Below are positions 59,501 to 64,000 of a DNA stretch of 64,000 bases, in pieces. The position numbers and the translations under genes were made by a program. Source of the DNA: a virus. The stretch lies in IMG/VR virus record IMGVR_UViG_3300002054_000060, one strand, 5' to 3'. Positions within the stretch are counted from its first letter, which is position 1; each line of letters opens with the position of its first letter. Below the pieces are notes generated by a model. The model ran no database searches and was not told where the DNA came from. It worked only from the letters and a program-made list of their open reading frames with translations.

Positions 59501-62073
59501 GCAGGCCGCCTGTGGGCAATGTATCCGCGCTTTCGATAGTAACGACTTACCAACTTGTTGAGGGTGGGCTGCAGGTCACCGCATCGCTGTACTGGACACC
59601 ACCCACCGGCACGGCCTACTCGGGTGCAAACGTCTATCTATCCAAAAATGGCGGGCCCTTTGAGATGCACGCGGCAGTGGGCGCGCAAACGAGACGGATT
59701 GATCTAGTCACCAAGGTTGGCGCCCATGTCGCCTTCAAAGTCCAGGCGCGTGGCGATGGCTTGGCGATCTACCCCTATTCAGGCTCTGCCACCATAAGTG
59801 CAGTCATCAACTCAAGGGGAGATATAGCTGACACCGTTACGCTGCCGGAGGAGCACCTGACCGGTGGCAGTGGCGATGTGTGGTTCTCACGGCACGACCC
59901 CCTAGAGAACGTCATTGAGCCGATCATAGTGGATCCACCTCTAGCGTATGTGGGTGCCGGCGCTATTCGGATACACGGCAAGAGTTTGCTGCACCCTGAT
60001 GGGGTCCAAAGGGATCTCATTCAGTCTGGCAGTGACGAAGGCGAATCGCTGCCGTATCGCTTTTTGGATACGCCATTCATAGGGCTATTTCAGTACCGCC
60101 CGTTCTACGTCGTGTTCTCGGATACCGACGTGCGTGAGCGATTCCCGGATGCGGATCTCGGCATGACAAGCCAGTTTCAGTTCTTCATTTCCACCTTCGA
60201 TCTGCTGAACGGCCAGTGGCGAATGTTGGACGTGGCACAACAGTTCCACCCTTATGAGGTAGAGCCGACCGATTTGGTGGTGGCTCGTGGCTCCAAGCTC
60301 TACCCCTATGGCGGCATTGATTTGTTGTCGAGCTATCTCTCAACGGACGTAGCACTGCCGGACTATGCCGCGGCGAGCTCTGTGCAACACTTCTTCCAAC
60401 CCGAGCCTCCTACGCTTGAAGAGGATGACCTGCACGATAGGGATGTTTGGCTGGATACCTCAGACGGCAACCACATGTATCGCTGGAATGTCGATCGGTG
60501 GATCTCTGCACGCGACGCCGGCATAAGCGCCGCGCTCGACGAGGTGTTCAACGCCGAGCAAAGCCTTGACCAACAGGTTGTGCTGATCTTTGCTGACAGC
60601 CAGCCTGATGGCTTCTCAGAGCGGCATCAAGTGGGCAACTTCTGGTTCAACACAAGCAATAGCCCGCGCACGATCTCCAAGTGGGACGGTGCATCGTGGC
60701 AGGATGCAAACAGCGACCTGTTGGGCAAGGCGTGCCGCACGCACACCGACGACATTGACGTTTCCGATGGCGTGGTCAATCTGTTCCTGAACAACACAGA
60801 GCCATCGGCTGAAAACAGCGACGGTGGTGATCTTTGGTTTTCAGGCTCCACAAGTGACCTGTCTCAATATCAAGAGGACAGTCAAACCTGGATCGTGGTG
60901 TCCACTATCGGCACGCTCTGGGACGACATCGACGGCGACGGCCGCCCGGATGATTATGTGGGCAACACCGGTGAGCAGATGCTGGTGGATTTCAACTTCC
61001 AGCGAGCGGCTTCTGGCGAGAACACCTGGCAGTCTTTCGTCAAGCCGAACTCTTTGGATATCAGTAATCCACCCCTGACTTACCAACAAAGTGAGCTGGT
61101 GAATTTCGAGACAGCCAACGGAGTAGGTGGCTCATCAAATGCCAGGGTCAACGGCGCAGGGCTGAGTAACTACGTTCACCTGAGAAATCCAATTCTGTTC
61201 CCAGCCAGCCCTGGTGATCTCTTTGTGGTGTCGATGAATGTCATCACCTCTCAGAGCGTGTCTGCGTCAGGTTACGAAGGCTTGGGCGTATACGCCAACT
61301 TCTATGACATCAATTTCAATTGGATTGCGGCCACTGACAACGGGCCTAGCAGCCAGTATGGGGATGTGTACAACTACACCTCAAACCCCAACTGGAATCG
61401 CCAGAACGTCGTGCTGGCAGCGCCGGGCGGCACTACCACCGCTGTGGCTTTCATGACCGTCACTGTTGTGCTGCGCGCCAACTCAAGCGACTTTGTGAGA
61501 ATTAGTGATGTAACCTGCGTTCGCTCACCGTCATCGTTGTCTCAAATGAAGCTGGGCTTTGATGGCAACCACGAGTCCTACGGGCTGTTCACGTTTCCAG
61601 CCAGCGGTGGCAGAACTTTTGGTGGTCAGCAGGCTAGGCTGTTGGGCACCTACAATCAGGCTTTTCCGCGCTTCACTGGGCTTGATATAGCGCCCGGTGA
61701 AATGATGGAAGTGTCTATACAGGGCCAAGTGAAAGTGCCCAATCACGACGGTTATGTGACTGACGAGGATGGTAGTAGCCACTACGCCGAGGGCACCTAT
61801 CACACGTACTTCTATGGCAAGTACAGTCATGAAGATGGATATCTTTCGTTTGCTCGAGGTAGCGTCTCTACGGAAGAGGGTGTTGAGTTTGCCACGCTAT
61901 CTGCGACAGCCTCTGCGGTGGTGGATTCACGCATCGATAGTATGGACACCAACCTTATATTGTCGAACAGCGAGACTTACCCCGGTCTGGGCTTCTCCGG
62001 CATCACTTGGACTTTCAAGGAACTAACCGTCAGTGTGCGTCGCACTGAGGTTGTCTCAAACGGTTTTGTCTGA
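56533..62073 (+). CDS. central tail tip / host-specificity protein (gpI-gpJ-like fusion)
   Basis: 1846 aa; IPIIYG..RTGG; NPAWIALDILT; FNGVFD; FN3-like and C-terminal beta domains. Confidence 0.9.
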   Translation: MLPVESRWIQRIEVYNLFDLSQRNVELLNHTPGMTVMDAAPKDIGTHWTAFIGADEITQDGWAEHIVPSDVSVVFIAVPGSGDSGKDALRFIAIIAVAFAAAYTGGLATSAAASAFGATTGTVVGASVTAGVQIAGSMIVNELLPATSARSNSSGFDEGASYGIDGPGNTAQQGALIPIIYGTFRTGGNIVEYVTENEDTRHQSLTMVMCLGEAPIESVSNIELNDQPIENYTGWSYQVKTSRGAAPNPIDWEQFVHSWRGSLPVGHPDRANRMVERDGVYTENSRGDTLTQDWTYHTTSATVDALRIDLLAPAGLYAVDSDGDYNASTVLLEIQYRTVGALDWRTAMPDATLNNDVEALYIYDIPYQEYSSPHEPYDTDTEFVLQDVPLEWRSATRLARNEYVEWDSDGLNGIVKRRFSPRRIVTYVISNPEVTAPEHTQTVGHAFRAGAADRPTLISGLSNDALRFSFRISPYIIGDESRYEVRIRRLTEQRYLGGSSSVVDLVVLQTIWEIETDKVGYKNLAMLALRVELNDQLNSIPSLTCEVKGRKLKVWDVNSYTDSASLNTFTVEHSANPAWIALDILTDKFVGADISMDYIDVPKWFEWAAFCEEKGLEFNGVFDFNSNIWDALQYVLRAGRAQIVRVGRTYSLAIARPELPVMMFGNGNIVEGTFASEWLSMEERANEIEVSYYDEEDGYRQHSIKVYDPDAFSEQQRTSTFSMMGVTSKDKAQEEAALALNMNRLLRQTCSFETGLDALGIVPGDVIHVQSDHPQWGYSGRLAAGSTEDELLLDGEVYMDSATTIYQVALIWPQYVLPHADGFTSPLLAVIGDDWIEVTTSPITLPDDVLPLGILIRGVHLRVLDQFPVVGRTDRHRFTVDRPPISIPDIAVGDIAEIYQSDKIITYTVAFAGETGAHNRLTINSAMHAPPKRGMLYQFGALNRVAKPFRVAKVSMGDDPYKRSIKATEYNASQYEPFVVDTGYPDYAIRRPPVGNVSALSIVTTYQLVEGGLQVTASLYWTPPTGTAYSGANVYLSKNGGPFEMHAAVGAQTRRIDLVTKVGAHVAFKVQARGDGLAIYPYSGSATISAVINSRGDIADTVTLPEEHLTGGSGDVWFSRHDPLENVIEPIIVDPPLAYVGAGAIRIHGKSLLHPDGVQRDLIQSGSDEGESLPYRFLDTPFIGLFQYRPFYVVFSDTDVRERFPDADLGMTSQFQFFISTFDLLNGQWRMLDVAQQFHPYEVEPTDLVVARGSKLYPYGGIDLLSSYLSTDVALPDYAAASSVQHFFQPEPPTLEEDDLHDRDVWLDTSDGNHMYRWNVDRWISARDAGISAALDEVFNAEQSLDQQVVLIFADSQPDGFSERHQVGNFWFNTSNSPRTISKWDGASWQDANSDLLGKACRTHTDDIDVSDGVVNLFLNNTEPSAENSDGGDLWFSGSTSDLSQYQEDSQTWIVVSTIGTLWDDIDGDGRPDDYVGNTGEQMLVDFNFQRAASGENTWQSFVKPNSLDISNPPLTYQQSELVNFETANGVGGSSNARVNGAGLSNYVHLRNPILFPASPGDLFVVSMNVITSQSVSASGYEGLGVYANFYDINFNWIAATDNGPSSQYGDVYNYTSNPNWNRQNVVLAAPGGTTTAVAFMTVTVVLRANSSDFVRISDVTCVRSPSSLSQMKLGFDGNHESYGLFTFPASGGRTFGGQQARLLGTYNQAFPRFTGLDIAPGEMMEVSIQGQVKVPNHDGYVTDEDGSSHYAEGTYHTYFYGKYSHEDGYLSFARGSVSTEEGVEFATLSATASAVVDSRIDSMDTNLILSNSETYPGLGFSGITWTFKELTVSVRRTEVVSNGFV

Positions 62074-62522
62074 TGAAACTCTACTATCTCAACTTCAAAG
62101 ATGGAGAGCTGCTTAGTCACGGCCCTGACAAAATTCAGGGCGATGGTTTTGTTACCAAGACTTTTCGTGGCAAGCAATCCTATGAAAAGGCGTTAGCTAT
62201 CTACAAACCGCCTGATAATTCTCGTGATCTCATTGACGCGGCAATTGCTAGCGCCAACATTGTTGACCCTTACTTGCTGGCAATAAAAACGCTGGAGGCC
62301 AAGCGTTACCTGAGTGCCCTGCAACGCAGCGAGCCAATAGATGTCGATGAATATCTCATCCTGATCGACGAGGCCAACAGCCAGGGTATAGAGCCGCAGC
62401 TTTTGGCTGAGTCGATCATGAATAGATTTACCGATAGTAAGCTGAGCGAACTGCGACGCCGACGCACCAAGACACGCACGCAGGCTGAAATAGAGCAGGT
62501 AAGGTCCAGAAGCGACTCATAG
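62073..62522 (+). CDS. hypothetical, possible tail fibre assembly protein
   Basis: TGATG coupling to the J-like gene. Confidence 0.55.
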   Translation: MKLYYLNFKDGELLSHGPDKIQGDGFVTKTFRGKQSYEKALAIYKPPDNSRDLIDAAIASANIVDPYLLAIKTLEAKRYLSALQRSEPIDVDEYLILIDEANSQGIEPQLLAESIMNRFTDSKLSELRRRRTKTRTQAEIEQVRSRSDS

Positions 62523-62527
62523 CATAA

Positions 62528-62539
62528 GTAACCGCTTAC
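62528..62539. promoter_or_regulatory. degenerate 12-bp box (GTAACCGCTTAC)
   Basis: Intergenic; 10/12 match. Confidence 0.5.
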
Positions 62540-62590
62540 AGCATCACATGCTAGACTCGGATTTATAAAAAGAGCGCCACAGAGGTCGCC

Positions 62591-62875
62591 ATGAGCAATG
62601 TCGCCGGAAAAACTTATCTTGTAGCGGCCAAAGACGAAACCGGTGAGCCTTTCAATGCACCCTCCAACGTCACCTACGTATTCATCTCGGGAGACATGGC
62701 AGGAGGCAACGTCTTTCTTGAGCGCAGAGCGCTCGATGGGCAGTGGCGGCGATACCCCGCGATGAGTTGGGACACCGCTGACGCGCATGTAGTAAGTACG
62801 CTACCAGGTTCCTATGTACGTCTTGTTGTCGAGAGTGTAGGAGGCGCTGGAGTTAATGTAGAGGTTGCATTTTGA
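62591..62875 (+). CDS. hypothetical protein
   Basis: AGAGG SD; 94 aa. Confidence 0.7.
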   Translation: MSNVAGKTYLVAAKDETGEPFNAPSNVTYVFISGDMAGGNVFLERRALDGQWRRYPAMSWDTADAHVVSTLPGSYVRLVVESVGGAGVNVEVAF

Positions 62876-63078
62876 GCGCCCTTACTCGGTACGTCTCTGC
62901 GAAGCTGTCGAGGTCGGTCACGAAGTTTGTATCCAGCGGTGGTTTTCAGGGCGTGATTATCGACCCTGATGACGATGGCGCAGGCCTCGAACCAAGCGTG
63001 AGTGTGATACCCCCGGGTGCAGGCGTCACTTGGTTGGACGCCTCTGCATGGAATGACACACAAATATGGGTATCGTAA
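62872..63078 (+). CDS. hypothetical protein
   Basis: TTGA overlap; 68 aa. Confidence 0.55.
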   Translation: MSALTRYVSAKLSRSVTKFVSSGGFQGVIIDPDDDGAGLEPSVSVIPPGAGVTWLDASAWNDTQIWVS

Positions 63079-63081
63079 TTC

Positions 63082-63453
63082 ATGGCTGGACAACTACAAG
63101 ACTTTAACTTTGATGGCAAGACTGGCCTACAGATAGAGGCTGAACTACAGACTCTGCTTGAGTCAGTGCGCGGCTCTGTACGTCAATGGGAGTCGGATTT
63201 CGATGGAAGCGCCTGCCATATAGGCGGTGTCGTTTACATGCTGGGCACGGGTGGCGACTCGACGGTATCCCCCACAGCCGAAACGACGCCCTGGGTAGCT
63301 GTTGACAGAGCTAGCTCCATGATCGGGTTCGGCAGTTACGACGACTTGCTGAACACAGCAACTAAGCCCTGGTTTTTCGTGCTGGACTCATCCCAGCCAG
63401 AAAAGGTTGGTGTCTACTTGAAGGTAGATGGCAGTTACCACAGAGCAACCTGA
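63082..63453 (+). CDS. hypothetical protein
   Basis: 123 aa, follows the previous stop closely. Confidence 0.65.
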   Translation: MAGQLQDFNFDGKTGLQIEAELQTLLESVRGSVRQWESDFDGSACHIGGVVYMLGTGGDSTVSPTAETTPWVAVDRASSMIGFGSYDDLLNTATKPWFFVLDSSQPEKVGVYLKVDGSYHRAT

Positions 63454-63910
63454 AAAATTGAATAAGCAAGCTGATTCGGAGGTAGTTTCTCTCGTCGCGG
63501 TGCCTCACAGAGCGAGCTGGCTTCTGGCTCTGCTGACGGGTGTAGCTCTGAGCGCAGTCGCCGCGTGGTTACTATCGGTCCCGACCAAAATAAAGCATGG
63601 CGGCTTGACTACCCAACAGCGTATGTTTGAGGTCGAAAAGAAGGTCGATCACAACGACGCTGAAATCATAGGCATGCGGGAAGTAGTGCAGCGCCTTGAA
63701 GAGAATGCTGCAAATGAAGTCTCTCGCGAAGAGTTTGACCGCCGCATGGCGTTGATCAATCAACGCCTTGATCTCTCGCAGCAAGAGAAAAGTAGGTTGA
63801 ATGATCGATTCGGTCACCTTGTTGACAGGCTGATAGATCTCAAGACCGACAGCGCGGGTGTCAATGGCGATCTCGAAGAGGACGCGCCTGAAAGCACCAT
63901 AGGCCGGTAG
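63428..63910 (+). CDS. membrane-anchored coiled-coil protein (possible lysis-cassette gene)
   Basis: TM segment WLLALLTGVALSAVAAWLL followed by a coiled coil; position after tail genes. Confidence 0.55.
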   Translation: MAVTTEQPEKLNKQADSEVVSLVAVPHRASWLLALLTGVALSAVAAWLLSVPTKIKHGGLTTQQRMFEVEKKVDHNDAEIIGMREVVQRLEENAANEVSREEFDRRMALINQRLDLSQQEKSRLNDRFGHLVDRLIDLKTDSAGVNGDLEEDAPESTIGR

Positions 63911-64000
63911 TGAGGCGGCCAAGTGATGTCGCCACCCTTTGAGTTCAGCCACTGATGGGCCTGCCCGCCGCGGGAGCGTCTGTTGGGGACGTATATACGC

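Noticed and set aside
1-64000. tRNA, rRNA, integrase, transposase, reverse transcriptase/DGR, tail sheath
   Set aside because: No cloverleaf/T-loop motifs, recombinase or RT motifs, or sheath-sized gene recognised by eye; lifestyle cannot be assigned from this window.

Overview
This window looks like a contiguous piece of a large tailed (siphovirus-like) phage or prophage genome. No integrase, tRNA, rRNA or CRISPR array was recognised. It has five zones. (1) 1-17.1 kb: about 40 short, mostly orphan + strand genes, many opened by one conserved leader; it includes RadC/JAB, DUF2958, DUF3085, DUF6011-like and ArfA-like genes and four paralog families. (2) 17.1-23.7 kb: mostly non-coding and strand-skewed, packed with iteron-like arrays, IHF-consensus boxes, hairpins, inverted repeats and a 4 x 50 bp tandem repeat; a candidate origin or terminus region. 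(3) 23.8-34.6 kb: a - strand nucleotide/DNA metabolism block (thyX, HAD phosphatase, dNMP kinase, SF2 helicase), interrupted by a + strand cassette of secreted or carbohydrate-active genes (FN3-like, GH16-like, PL14-like). (4) 34.7-41.7 kb: ParB, ParB, Crp-like, ABC-ATPase/GNAT, wHTH, TerS, TerL. (5) 41.8-64 kb: portal, scaffold, major capsid, head-tail, tail tube, frameshifted chaperones, tape measure and a lambda-like tail tip. The main signals are a 12-bp quasi-palindromic box GTAAGCACT(C/T)AC at about 27 gene or operon starts; three inteins all inserted directly after a Walker A GK, two of them close siblings in non-homologous host proteins; and a predicted DNA-acylation module beside the terminase. 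All family calls come from motif recognition by eye; no database search was run.
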